IMG/VR virus record: IMGVR_UViG_3300036833_000061
Coordinates: 1 to 43,986 of that record
Source: a virus
Lineage: Duplodnaviria; Caudoviricetes
Reading direction: 5' to 3' (one strand)
DNA: 43,986 nt
In this document: positions 1 through 8,722 of the stretch, in pieces
How the letters are laid out: each line of letters starts with the position of its first letter
Numbering within the stretch: position 1 is the first letter of the stretch
Notes under the pieces: model-generated
Seen by the model: the letters and a program-made list of their open reading frames with translations, nothing else
The model's database searches: none
What the model was told of the DNA's origin: nothing
Translations under genes and position numbers: made by a program

Positions 1-127
1 CCCCATGCTGCTAGGTATGGCGTACCTGGGAAGACTCAAGTCGTGGTCTATCGACAACACCATGCTGCAATTAACTATGGAAAGGAGATAGACCATGGAT
101 CGCTGGTACCCTCCGACACGTCTGGAG
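1..127. repeat. Terminal direct repeat copy 1 (identical to 43860-43986); probable circular-assembly overlap
   Basis: Exact 127-bp match from ccccatgctg to cacgtctggag; it cuts through the protease ORF and the start of ORF 95-322. Confidence 0.95.
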
Positions 128-322
128 CAGTTGGAAGAGCAAATACCGGACGGCGGTTGTTTGCTGGTGTTCGCCCAAACTCAAAAGCAGATCCTCAATT
201 GGCGAAGCTCAGTTGGGAAGGTATTTCACGTCATGACGTGCAATCCACAGCGTGCCGGTGCTCAGAAGAGGGGTTTTGACCCCCAATCCTTGCGCGATAT
301 TTACATCACTAGGAAGACTTAG
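95..322 (+). CDS. Hypothetical protein, 75 aa
   Basis: AAGGAG SD upstream; ATG lies just after the protease stop in the circular sequence. Confidence 0.7.
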   Translation: MDRWYPPTRLEQLEEQIPDGGCLLVFAQTQKQILNWRSSVGKVFHVMTCNPQRAGAQKRGFDPQSLRDIYITRKT

Positions 323-331
323 GTAAGTCTT
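314..331. promoter_or_regulatory. Perfect inverted repeat AAGACTTA-gg-TAAGTCTT, operator-like
   Basis: 8-bp arms with 2-bp spacer upstream of the replication genes; TTTACA at 300-305 could be a -35. Confidence 0.45.
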
Positions 332-356
332 ACTGCCACAATCCCTAGCGGCTTGA

Positions 357-404
357 CTTCAACCCGGATCGGCGAGAGCATTATTCGCCCGCTCCGGGTT
401 GGAG
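357..404 (+). promoter_or_regulatory. Long RNA hairpin sequestering the SD of ORF 415
   Basis: CTTCAACCCGGA (357-368) pairs with TCCGGGTTGGAG (393-404); inner stem GGCGA/TCGCC. Confidence 0.55.
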
Positions 405-414
405 GATTACACAT

Positions 415-570
415 ATGGAAGAGTTTCTGCGAAATCTTGACCTTGAACAAGACTCGGTTATCAGAGAATTTCTCTCGCACGCCGAACGGTTGAATCCGCC
501 TGACCGCAATGTGATTGGTTGGTTGCGTGACTTACTAGGACCGGCACCGTTCACAACAGGTGCCCCATGA
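415..570 (+). CDS. Small hypothetical protein, 51 aa (MEEFLRNLDLEQ...), not in the ORF track
   Basis: GGAGG SD at 401-405; ATGA overlap with the next gene. Confidence 0.7.
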   Translation: MEEFLRNLDLEQDSVIREFLSHAERLNPPDRNVIGWLRDLLGPAPFTTGAP

Positions 571-968
571 TCAACATTCTACGCTTGCGCGCTATGATCG
601 CGGTCGGCGCTACCGCGACTATGATCGTTGACGCCATAGAGGCAGAGCAGAGGCGAGCGAAGCCACCAAAGACCAAGCAATTGATTCCCGAAGATTGGGA
701 ACCGCAAGTAAACGACACCACCTATGCCTTGATGTGGTCACCAGCGAAGACCAAGGAAGAAATAGCCAGATTCAGGGACTACCATCGGGCAAGGGGGAAT
801 CAATTCTCCGACATCAACGCCGCCTGGCGCAATTGGGTGACATCCCCCTATCAAAAGCACTGGAACAACAATGGAACACGTACCGTCGTCGATGCCTCCC
901 GCGACCTCCTCCGACAAACTCAGGACTGCTGCCGAGGGAGCGAACCGACTCTTCCGTTCCTACCGTAA
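567..968 (+). CDS. Putative replication initiator / DnaT-like ssDNA-binding domain protein
   Basis: IPEDWEP...FRDYH...DINAAWRNW resembles the C-terminal motif of phage replication proteins; adjacent to a loader-like gene. Confidence 0.6.
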   Translation: MINILRLRAMIAVGATATMIVDAIEAEQRRAKPPKTKQLIPEDWEPQVNDTTYALMWSPAKTKEEIARFRDYHRARGNQFSDINAAWRNWVTSPYQKHWNNNGTRTVVDASRDLLRQTQDCCRGSEPTLPFLP

Positions 969-1422
969 AGGTGACGCCAATGACCCGGACGGATACGTGG
1001 CGGCGGTCGCGGCTGTCTTATCCCTGTATCAAGATTGGGTTATCCGGGTCGCCACCGATCCTAGGACCGGCATCGGGACCGTGGAACCATACACACGCTA
1101 TATGCCAAACCCCGGGGAACTAAAGCTCTTTTGCGACAATCTGGCGGCACGGGCCGCCCGCCTAGACCGCTGGCGGAGCCTGCCGGGTGGAAACCGATAC
1201 CATGGGTTTACCCAGTTGCCCCCCGATCCTCACCCAGGCCCCGATGGGCGCCACCCACCAGGCACCATTTTGGCCAACTACAGCGAGGCTGTACGGCTGT
1301 ACGGTAAGCCAGTTGATAAGGAGGGTACACGGACAGCCCAAGAGGCAACCCCTAACCCAGCGCATTCCCAGCCCCGCCTCGATCCTACGGTAACCGGAGA
1401 CCCTTCAGAATGGGCATTATGA
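871..1422 (+). CDS. Putative helicase loader/inhibitor-like replication protein
   Basis: Helical domain LFRSY...DPDGYVAAVAAVLSLY...YMPNPGEL, in the position of lambda P downstream of the initiator. Confidence 0.5.
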   Translation: MEHVPSSMPPATSSDKLRTAAEGANRLFRSYRKGDANDPDGYVAAVAAVLSLYQDWVIRVATDPRTGIGTVEPYTRYMPNPGELKLFCDNLAARAARLDRWRSLPGGNRYHGFTQLPPDPHPGPDGRHPPGTILANYSEAVRLYGKPVDKEGTRTAQEATPNPAHSQPRLDPTVTGDPSEWAL

Positions 1423-1811
1423 GCTTATTGAGCACAATCTTCCAACCATCGTCGCCCCCGAGTGCGGGGCAGGTCACCGCTATCCTCAACAGGAGTTCCC
1501 CAGCAATGGCCACCGCCACGATTAACTTTGTCAACCCCACGACCCGCGTCGATGGATCGGCGCTCGATCCGTCCCAGATCGCCAGCGTCGATGTCTTCGA
1601 CAGCATGGCGACAATCAAAATCACCACTATCACAGCGCCTATTTTCTCTTACACCACCGGCCTCCTGACGCCTGGCGTCCACAACTTCACGGCCGTCTGG
1701 AATGATTATGGTGGTAATAGCTCGGCCCCGTCCGCGTCCGCGTCCGTGACGGTTCCGGCGCCGATCGCAAACCCGAGCCCCGGCACAATCACTGCCGTTC
1801 TGAACCCTTGA
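1419..1811 (+). CDS. Fibronectin-III/Ig-like beta-sandwich protein (start could be 1506)
   Basis: NPTTRVDGSAL...LTPGVHNFTAV...GGNSSAPSASASVTVP pattern; ATGA overlap at 1419. Confidence 0.55.
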   Translation: MSLLSTIFQPSSPPSAGQVTAILNRSSPAMATATINFVNPTTRVDGSALDPSQIASVDVFDSMATIKITTITAPIFSYTTGLLTPGVHNFTAVWNDYGGNSSAPSASASVTVPAPIANPSPGTITAVLNP

Positions 1812-1814
1812 GGC

Positions 1815-2255
1815 TTATGTCTCCCGGATCGTAATCCCGTACTGAGCCTTGACCATCTTCTTTTTCAGCCGGTACATCTGGGTTTGGTAGCCCTTCACGT
1901 CCTCGACCACCCGGATGGTTCGAGGGCCGCCATTCCCATTCGCCGTTTCGAAATAGGCAAAGTCGGCGAAGTAACTGCAAACTTTTTGCGCTTGTCCGGT
2001 TTCACATGACCTGATGTGGATTTCGTATTCGGGCTCCAGCTCCAGCCCCCGGATGAGTCCCTGCTTTTCCAGCAGTTTCAATTCAGCGTATCGCTTTGCC
2101 TGTTTCATGCTGGGAAATATGATTCCGTCCACCGTCCGCTCCCGCGTGTCGGGCGAGACGTTGTACTTGCTGGCGCCCGCGCGCCGCCTCTTGTTGAAAG
2201 CCTTATACTGCCCGACAGTCAACCTGACCGGATCGTCCGGATAAGGTATCCTCAT
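1815..2255 (-). CDS. DUF1064-family PD-(D/E)XK endonuclease
   Basis: SKYN...VDGIIF.S..QAKRY...YFADFAY...VEDVKG...YRLKKK; GGAGG SD and ATGA overlap fix the start at 2255. Confidence 0.85.
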   Translation of the reverse strand: MRIPYPDDPVRLTVGQYKAFNKRRRAGASKYNVSPDTRERTVDGIIFPSMKQAKRYAELKLLEKQGLIRGLELEPEYEIHIRSCETGQAQKVCSYFADFAYFETANGNGGPRTIRVVEDVKGYQTQMYRLKKKMVKAQYGITIRET

Positions 2256-2467
2256 GATGCCTCCTTCTTCTTCAACCGTGTACACACCAATCTGACCCAA
2301 TGCGCGGTTGGGCCGCTTTGCGGGGGGCCGTTGGCCTCCCAGCCGATTATGGTGGTGCGGCCTACCCCGAACCGTTTGGCGAACTGAGCCTGTGTTTCGC
2401 CTAGTTGTGTGCGCAGTTCAAGCAGATCATAGCCCGTAATCACGAAATCATCTATCATCAGCGGCAT
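2252..2467 (-). CDS. XRE/Cro-family helix-turn-helix regulator
   Basis: LRTQLGETQAQFAKRFGVGRTTIIGWE motif; divergent from the recombination operon. Confidence 0.85.
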   Translation of the reverse strand: MPLMIDDFVITGYDLLELRTQLGETQAQFAKRFGVGRTTIIGWEANGPPQSGPTAHWVRLVCTRLKKKEAS

Positions 2468-2473
2468 CCTATA

Positions 2474-2507
2474 TGTCAGGACTTGACACCTTAGTCAAGA
2501 TATGACA
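2474..2507. promoter_or_regulatory. Tandem operators (TGTCA-N5-TGACA) overlapping divergent -35 elements
   Basis: TGTCAggactTGACA (2474-2488) and AGTCAagataTGACA (2493-2507); CTTGAC present on both strands. Confidence 0.7.
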
Positions 2508-2537
2508 TTTGTGGAGGCCAGTCAAACGGAGGACAAC

Positions 2538-3491
2538 ATGACGCTTATTACCCGCGATATCGCCGCCAAGGTTCTGGCCGTTATCGACAAGGGATTGGTA
2601 AAAGGTGTCGGCAAGCCGGTGCCGGGCCAGATGTGTGTTGAGGCCGCCGTGTGCTACGCACTCGGCCTACCGCATGGTGACGAACCGGACTGCGTGGCGC
2701 GCTCGCTCCGAGCACTGAAAATCAGGCTCAACGATTCCAACTGGTCTTCGGACGAGGCCCGCGCCCGGGGATTGCGCCGTCTCGCAGTGGCCCAACTCGG
2801 TAGTGCCGGCTTTCTGGATGACCTCAAATTTTCCAAGAGATGCGCTGAATTGGCGATCCGAACTTGCGTGCCGCAGGCACTTTGTGCGGCAGCTTCAATC
2901 CAGAAAGACCCTAACCACAAAGCCGCTCTGATTGCGTCAGCCAATGAATGCGAGGCCAAAGGCACGCGAAAGGCGGCGCTTGAGGCGAAGATGGTAGCCT
3001 CCGCCGCCGCCGCCGCCGCCTACGCCGCCGCCGCCGCCTACGCCGACGCCGCCTCCGACGCCTCCGACGCCGCCGCCTACGCCGCCGACGCCTCCGACGC
3101 CGCCTCCGACGCCTACGCCGCCGCCGCCTCCGACGCCGCCGCCGCCGCCTCCGACGCCTACGCCGCCGCCGCCTCCGACGCCGCCGACGCCGCCTCCGAC
3201 GCCTACGCCGCCGCCTCCGACGCCGCCGACGCCGCCGACGCCGCCGCCTACGCCGCCGACGTCTCCGCCGCCGCCTCCGACGCCTACGCCGCCGCCGCCG
3301 CCGCCTCCGACGCCTACGCCGCCGCCGCCGCCTCCGACGCCGCCGCCTACGCCGCCGACGCCTCCGACGCCGCCAAAAAATCCGCTCGCGATAAAGTGCT
3401 CGCTGACTTTGCCGAAGGCGTCGTTCAAATTCTGATCAAGATGAAGGCGCCAGGCTGCCGGTGGCTAAAGCTTACGAAGGTCGCAGCATGA
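2538..3491 (+). CDS. Hypothetical protein with Cys/His-containing N-terminal domain and long Ala/Asp/Ser/Tyr repeat
   Basis: GGAGG SD before ATG 2538; MCVEAAV...HGDEPDCV...IRLND followed by a 126-codon low-complexity tract. Confidence 0.85.
   Translation: MTLITRDIAAKVLAVIDKGLVKGVGKPVPGQMCVEAAVCYALGLPHGDEPDCVARSLRALKIRLNDSNWSSDEARARGLRRLAVAQLGSAGFLDDLKFSKRCAELAIRTCVPQALCAAASIQKDPNHKAALIASANECEAKGTRKAALEAKMVASAAAAAAYAAAAAYADAASDASDAAAYAADASDAASDAYAAAASDAAAAASDAYAAAASDAADAASDAYAAASDAADAADAAAYAADVSAAASDAYAAAAAASDAYAAAAASDAAAYAADASDAAKKSARDKVLADFAEGVVQILIKMKAPGCRWLKLTKVAA
2997..3374 (+). repeat. GCC-rich coding minisatellite
   Basis: 378 nt built almost only from GCC, GAC, TCC and TAC codons. 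Confidence 0.95.
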
Positions 3492-3733
3492 CCACGGTAA
3501 AGATGCACGCGGAAGAGGCGGCGGTGCTCATAGCCAGCGAGTGGGATGGTGATCCCGCGATCGGCATTGACATTATGCTGGGCGCGGCATCGCTGATGTT
3601 CGCGCACGGCGTCAGAAAGGGAAGCCAGCGATCGCGTCAGCGGAATTTCAAGGAAATCGACGCCGCGATAGATTCCATGATGCTCGACCTCCGGGCCAGA
3701 TGCTACCGTGCATTGGGGGATATGCCGAAATGA
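3488..3733 (+). CDS. Hypothetical protein, 81 aa
   Basis: ATGA overlaps at both ends. Confidence 0.7.
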   Translation: MTTVKMHAEEAAVLIASEWDGDPAIGIDIMLGAASLMFAHGVRKGSQRSRQRNFKEIDAAIDSMMLDLRARCYRALGDMPK

Positions 3734-4524
3734 CTCTGACCGCCGAGCAACAGGCGAAGCGAGCCGGCAAGTTGACCGCCTCCCGTATAGCCGTATTGAT
3801 GACCGGGGACGAAGCCGGCATCATGCGGCTGTACCAGGAACTGATTGGGGAGATTCCACCGGAGAATTTGGATGACGTATGGGCGGTCCAGCTTGGGGCG
3901 GTTACCGAGAAGCTTAATCTAGATTGGTTCGAACGCAAGAATAATTGCATACTGAAGGCGCGCGGGGAAGTCATCCAGCACCGGACGCTCTCATGGGCGG
4001 CGGCAACACTTGATGGGTATTGGATTGAAGGTTGTTGTGTCGTCGAATGTAAACACGTCGGCGGGCGCGAGCCCATCGAAACTTTGATTGACCGCTACCA
4101 ACCGCAAATGCAATGGCAGATGGAGTGTACAGTCACAACCAGATGCGCCCTTTCCGTCATCATGGGCGCCAACGAGCCCATTGTAGAATTTGTGGACAGA
4201 GACACGGCATATACATTCGAATTGGTGGCACGCGCCAAGTCGTTCATGGCTTGCGTCCAGATGCGTATACCGCCGCTCGAAATGGCACCCCTGCCGCCGC
4301 CGGCCAACGCAACGAAGATCAGAGATATGGAGGGCAACAATGTCTGGGCCAATCACGCGGAAATCTGGATCGGCACGCGTCGGTCATCTGAAATCAACAA
4401 GGATTCAGAAAAAATCCTCAAAAGGCTCGTCCAGCCGGAAGACAAAAAGTGCTTCGGGCACGGAGTCCAAATCACCAGAGATCGTGCTGGCAGGCTCTCT
4501 CTCAGACCTATTCGACCTGATTAA
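3730..4524 (+). CDS. YqaJ/lambda-exonuclease-family protein
   Basis: RAGKLTASRIA...G...E...AATLDG...VECK...YQPQMQWQM motifs; immediately upstream of Bet. Confidence 0.9.
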   Translation: MTLTAEQQAKRAGKLTASRIAVLMTGDEAGIMRLYQELIGEIPPENLDDVWAVQLGAVTEKLNLDWFERKNNCILKARGEVIQHRTLSWAAATLDGYWIEGCCVVECKHVGGREPIETLIDRYQPQMQWQMECTVTTRCALSVIMGANEPIVEFVDRDTAYTFELVARAKSFMACVQMRIPPLEMAPLPPPANATKIRDMEGNNVWANHAEIWIGTRRSSEINKDSEKILKRLVQPEDKKCFGHGVQITRDRAGRLSLRPIRPD

Positions 4525-4560
4525 TTCCCGGGCAACGCGCCCTTTCAAAAGGTGGTTTCC

Positions 4561-5490
4561 ATGAACAAGCAAGAGATCGCTACCCAAGCCGTGCCGCCGC
4601 CTTCCCATAAGCTGACGTTTTCCAAGGAGAACGTGGAGCTGATCAAAAGGACGATCGCCAAGGGCGCGACCGACGACGAGCTTAAGCTGTTTCTGTACCA
4701 GTGTGGGCGGACGGGGCTCGACCCGCTGGCTCGGCAAATATACGCCATCAAGCGGTGGGACTCTGTACAGCGCCGGGAGGTGTTGGGGATACAGACATCC
4801 ATTGACGGGTTTAGACTGATCGCCGAGCGTACCGGGAAATACACCGGGCAACTTGGGCCGTTTTGGTGCGGAGAAGACGGCGCTTGGACTGACGTGTGGC
4901 TGAAGAAGACACCGCCGGCTGCTGCCAAGGTGGCGGTGTTGCGCGAAGACTTCACCGAACCTTGCTGGGCGGTAGCCCTCTGGGACTCGCATGTGCAAAC
5001 GAAGAAAGACGGCACGCTGAGCCGTATGTGGGCCACGATGGGGCCGATGATGTTGGGCAAGTGCGCGGAGTCGCTTGGGCTGCGCAAAGCGTTCCCGCAA
5101 GAACTGTCGGGCCTCTATACGTCAGACGAGATGCACCAAGCGCAGGAGCCGGTGCAAGTCGTTGTAGAGAACGAGAACGAGGGCAATAATAACAAGAAAC
5201 CGCCCGGCGTCGTGCAGCCCAAGAAGGCGCCTGTTATCACCGCTCCCATGGTAGAAGACGCCATGGAGGGGGAGGAGCCCATGGCCAAGCCTGTGACCTT
5301 GGAGGACGAGGCCCGGGAGGCCGCCAAACGCGGGCGCGCGGAGTTCCAAGTGCTATGGCGCCGCTGCGACAAGTCACAGCAGAGCGTACTACAGGGCATC
5401 AGCGATGAACTGCGCGGCCTGATGGACACTTTCGAGCGCGAGCAGATCGAGCGCGAGCGGATCGCAGAAGAAACAGGAGAGGTTCAATGA
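4561..5490 (+). CDS. bet: Phage recombination protein Bet (RecT/Redbeta single-strand annealing protein)
   Basis: [23 protein letters not shown]...[15 protein letters not shown]...[21 protein letters not shown]. Confidence 0.92.
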   Translation: MNKQEIATQAVPPPSHKLTFSKENVELIKRTIAKGATDDELKLFLYQCGRTGLDPLARQIYAIKRWDSVQRREVLGIQTSIDGFRLIAERTGKYTGQLGPFWCGEDGAWTDVWLKKTPPAAAKVAVLREDFTEPCWAVALWDSHVQTKKDGTLSRMWATMGPMMLGKCAESLGLRKAFPQELSGLYTSDEMHQAQEPVQVVVENENEGNNNKKPPGVVQPKKAPVITAPMVEDAMEGEEPMAKPVTLEDEAREAAKRGRAEFQVLWRRCDKSQQSVLQGISDELRGLMDTFEREQIERERIAEETGEVQ

Positions 5491-5825
5491 TCGAGAAGGC
5501 AGAGAAAGAGGCGTTGCAGGGGATTGCGGACGAGATTGAGCAGACTAGGAAAACACTTCCGTCCGCAGAAGTGTCAATCAGGCGGCTTTGTATCGAGTAC
5601 GCGATTAAGATTGGTGCGGGTCATGACTTCAAGCTGGAGGCCATGGAGGGGCTGATCTGCTTTCTGCATCGGTTTCTCGTGCTGCCGGCGGACCAGTGGA
5701 TGCCTAGCTACCTAGGACAGACACAGACGCTTGCGCAGGGATTTGGATTGTCGGAGGGGTCGGTGCTGCGGACGCCACAAACAAGGCAGACGCTCGCGCC
5801 TGAGTCAGAATGGCCGCCGCTGTAA
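5487..5825 (+). CDS. Hypothetical protein
   Basis: GGAGAGG SD and ATGA overlap with bet; 3' end overlaps the convergent gene. Confidence 0.6.
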   Translation: MIEKAEKEALQGIADEIEQTRKTLPSAEVSIRRLCIEYAIKIGAGHDFKLEAMEGLICFLHRFLVLPADQWMPSYLGQTQTLAQGFGLSEGSVLRTPQTRQTLAPESEWPPL

Positions 5826-6150
5826 GCCCCGAGATAAACGCAGCCACGCCCGGCGCTGCAAGGTCTACGTTGCGCTGGGCGAAGAAGAACCGATGAGTTA
5901 TCGGATCGGTGTTCGCCTTGGCGGCCAACAGCGCATATTCTGCCGGCGTCAGCCTTGAGAGCACAGTGGCGATGTCAACCATTTGGGGCGGCACATCCAC
6001 GAAAGCCGCCACTACAGCATTGGCAGCCGCCATCTGGGCCGGCGTTGCACTTGGTTGGAAAAACACCTTCCCATCACCGGCCACGCCATCAATGGGAGCT
6101 ACCGCTGCTAAGGCGGCATGGAGCGTCTGGAGATTTCTGATCACAGCCAT
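5704..6150 (-). CDS. Hypothetical protein downstream of the fibre (possible fibre chaperone)
   Basis: Coupled to the fibre gene; last gene of the late block; function inferred from position only. Confidence 0.6.
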   Translation of the reverse strand: MAVIRNLQTLHAALAAVAPIDGVAGDGKVFFQPSATPAQMAAANAVVAAFVDVPPQMVDIATVLSRLTPAEYALLAAKANTDPITHRFFFAQRNVDLAAPGVAAFISGLTAAAILTQARASALFVASAAPTPPTIQIPAQASVSVLGS

Positions 6151-7490
6151 ATTGAACCCGTCAGCGCGTTGGTGCTTGAAACGTCAAATGTATTTGCGTT
6201 GGTACCATCACCTGCCTCCATCGCAGTAACAAGGTGAGCGCCTAGGGTTTGAACCTCAAAAATAGACGGGACGTTTGAAAACAAAGCCGTTGCCACAGTT
6301 GGAGACAACTGAATATTAGTTGAGAACGATATTGACGTATCCAAACCCATGCCTACGACTCCACTAGATGATGCCGCTGAAGCCGTTTGAACTATCGTTC
6401 TGTAAGTAAAAAGAGATTGCTTCTCAGCAGCCCCGCTAACCCAAGCAATTTCGTTTCCGTTGGAGGCCCTAGCCTGCCTTGCGATTCCTGATGTGTAAGT
6501 ATATGACGCCCCGCTGTCTACTACACGAGTCAAGAACAGTGCTTGATTATAGTAATTATAAACACCAAAAAGCGACCCGGTGCCGCCGGATGCGCTCCCG
6601 CCGAAAACAAAATTTAAGGCGCCATTAGCCGGACCAGGTACAGTACCTATGCCGCCGCCAGTCCAAATAGTTCCCAAATACGATCCTTGATTTGCTGCTA
6701 ATGAGATTGTTATGCTAGGAGTGGTGCGGGCGGTAGCAAGACTTGCGTTAGTGAGAAACCCTCCAAAGATAGCGAGCAAAGTTGCTCTCACCGTATTGCT
6801 TGTCCATTGAACGGTACATAAAGTAGGAACTCCAGCAACAAGAGTCATAAATACATCGTGGACAGTGTTTGCCGGCCAATTGGCACTTCCGGCCAAAACA
6901 ATCGACAACCCAACTATATCACTTAATCCTGAAGTGAACTGCTGCATCACGATGATGCTGCCGTTGTAGACCGGACAGAATGAGTGAATATATGGAGCAT
7001 AGTACAGCGTAAGTTGTGATGTTTGGCTGGCGTTCATGACGGGAACGCCTGATTGAACGGTCAACCGGCCGCCTGGAGCAAACGATGTGGCTTGACTGGC
7101 GACCGGAACAGCAGGCGCCTCCAAGAAGAAACCGCCAGAGCCAGAGTTGAGCGATTGACTGAAGGTGGCGACATATTCGACGCCAGAAAGAATGCTTCCG
7201 ACATTGGCCTGCGTAACGCCATCAGCGAGGTACAAGGGCAGGAAGCCGAGACCAGCGAACTGAAGCGTAACGGTTGAGGTGGAATTCCCAGAGGCACGGA
7301 ACCGAAAGCCGCACAACTCTGTATAGGCCGCCAGCGTCGGGCAATTGACTACAGGAAGAAGCGAGATTGTGTTAACGCCGGTAGATGTAGACGGGATGCT
7401 GCTGATCGCCGCCACCTGTTGGAACATCGTATCGAAGTCCTGCAATTGCTGAGGACTAGGAAGCGTGGCAAAGGTGATCGGCCAAGTCAT
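6141..7490 (-). CDS. Putative tail fibre / receptor-binding protein
   Basis: Ser/Thr/Gly-rich beta protein with PGGRLT and YNYYNQ motifs seen in fibre proteins; more AT-rich C-terminal half. Confidence 0.65.
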   Translation of the reverse strand: MTWPITFATLPSPQQLQDFDTMFQQVAAISSIPSTSTGVNTISLLPVVNCPTLAAYTELCGFRFRASGNSTSTVTLQFAGLGFLPLYLADGVTQANVGSILSGVEYVATFSQSLNSGSGGFFLEAPAVPVASQATSFAPGGRLTVQSGVPVMNASQTSQLTLYYAPYIHSFCPVYNGSIIVMQQFTSGLSDIVGLSIVLAGSANWPANTVHDVFMTLVAGVPTLCTVQWTSNTVRATLLAIFGGFLTNASLATARTTPSITISLAANQGSYLGTIWTGGGIGTVPGPANGALNFVFGGSASGGTGSLFGVYNYYNQALFLTRVVDSGASYTYTSGIARQARASNGNEIAWVSGAAEKQSLFTYRTIVQTASAASSSGVVGMGLDTSISFSTNIQLSPTVATALFSNVPSIFEVQTLGAHLVTAMEAGDGTNANTFDVSSTNALTGSIWL

Positions 7491-7493
7491 AGG

Positions 7494-7907
7494 CTACATC
7501 GCAAATACAACAACACCGGCAGCGGTGTCGTTCACGTCCTGGTTGGCAAGGTCGAATATCTGGACGGAAGAGAACGTCGGCACTGGCATCTCTACCGGAA
7601 GCGCCATTGTTTGCATGAGGGGCAATGTGACGGAGGCCAACGGGGTTGCAGCGCCCGCAAAAAGGCGCGGTGCTTGGCTGGCCGTGATGAGGGCTTGGGC
7701 TGGGCATTGCCAAAGTATGCGGCTGGATGGATCAAGAATCTGAATTATGATCTGACGGTTCCCGACCGTCGAGGTGGCTGTGTAGAGGAAAGAGATTGCC
7801 GGGATGACGGCAAACGACGAATTGAGAAGCGGAATGTTTTTCCCGGTAGATACGCCTAGGATTCCAGAAAAGACCGCTTCCCCTACCGTGCCGGGGCGCA
7901 TAGACAT
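7494..7907 (-). CDS. Hypothetical (probable virion) protein
   Basis: AAGGAG SD; beta-rich; lies in the tail region. Confidence 0.7.
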   Translation of the reverse strand: MSMRPGTVGEAVFSGILGVSTGKNIPLLNSSFAVIPAISFLYTATSTVGNRQIIIQILDPSSRILWQCPAQALITASQAPRLFAGAATPLASVTLPLMQTMALPVEMPVPTFSSVQIFDLANQDVNDTAAGVVVFAM

Positions 7908-7920
7908 TTATGCTCTCCTT

Positions 7921-8358
7921 TTACGGCCACTCGTAGACAGTAACGGGCGTCGTGGTCGAGAACCCAGACCATCCTTGCCCGATGGAAGGAGCATTCAAGG
8001 GCGGCGAGTAGCACGGCACCGTGCCCGAGGCCGTCACTGGAACGCCTACTGTCCCAGCGCCGTTGGCAGAAGGCGTGATGGCGGTGACGATCGCGCCCGT
8101 ATTTCCGCCAATGCCGTTTCCGAGCGGTGCAATCCAGAGAACGTTGGTGCCGCCTGGATTGCAAATCTGGAGCGCGTGGCGGGTCGGGTTGGCGCCTATG
8201 ATCGTCTGCGCCGTAGTCACGGCCGTATAGGCGTAGATGTTGGGGCCTAGTGCCGTAGATTGCGCGTGTGTGCGGGGAACAGTGAGTAAGTCAAGTATGG
8301 CGGCCGTGATGAAGCAGACGGCAGTCAAAGTCAGCAAAATCCCAAGAACTTGTTTCAT
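7921..8358 (-). CDS. Beta-sandwich protein with N-terminal signal/TM segment; paralogue of 26517-26810
   Basis: MKQVLGILLTL...AHAQ-like leader; ANPTRHALQICNP and VTVYEW motifs. Confidence 0.75.
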   Translation of the reverse strand: MKQVLGILLTLTAVCFITAAILDLLTVPRTHAQSTALGPNIYAYTAVTTAQTIIGANPTRHALQICNPGGTNVLWIAPLGNGIGGNTGAIVTAITPSANGAGTVGVPVTASGTVPCYSPPLNAPSIGQGWSGFSTTTPVTVYEWP

Positions 8359-8362
8359 AGCA

Positions 8363-8722
8363 TTACCCTCTCTTGTAGTAGACGACCACCAGTGGCAGGA
8401 GCACCACCAGAGCATACGCAACAGCGGTCCCGGTGCGCCACGGGATGGGCTCCCAGACCGCGTATCCAAACATCACAATGGCGCCCATCGTGGCCAGAAG
8501 GCCGAGGAGCCTGGCCGAGATTACATCGAGCGCGGCCGTGAGGATCGCCGGGTAATTCTGTTGGACCTGTTTCGGCTCCGGTGCTTCCGGCATGGGCTGA
8601 AACTTGATTGGGCGGACGATAGAGGCGGCCGGAGGCGGGGGAGCGGCGCTGCGAGGTCCGTCATAAAGCTCCCCCGGGTCAACTCCCGCCGGTATCGGCT
8701 TATTTCCTGAAGAAGCTTCCAT
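8363..8722 (-). CDS. Two-TM membrane protein
   Basis: Two hydrophobic helices in the C-terminal half and a basic tail. Confidence 0.75.
   Translation of the reverse strand: MEASSGNKPIPAGVDPGELYDGPRSAAPPPPAASIVRPIKFQPMPEAPEPKQVQQNYPAILTAALDVISARLLGLLATMGAIVMFGYAVWEPIPWRTGTAVAYALVVLLPLVVVYYKRG

Noticed and set aside
1-127. 127-bp end repeat as a biological terminal repeat
   Set aside because: It cuts through coding sequence and 127 is a common assembler k-mer length; better explained as circular overlap
669-759. AAGACCAAG(C/G)AA twice in the initiator-like gene as iterons
   Set aside because: Only two copies, both encoding KTK; not enough to call an origin
2997-3374. Repeat tract as a CRISPR array or DGR variable region
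   Set aside because: No constant repeat with unique spacers, no template copy and no reverse transcriptase in the genome
2937-3428. Minus-strand Gly/Val-rich 163-aa ORF
   Set aside because: Antisense shadow of the GCC repeat, which lacks stops by composition
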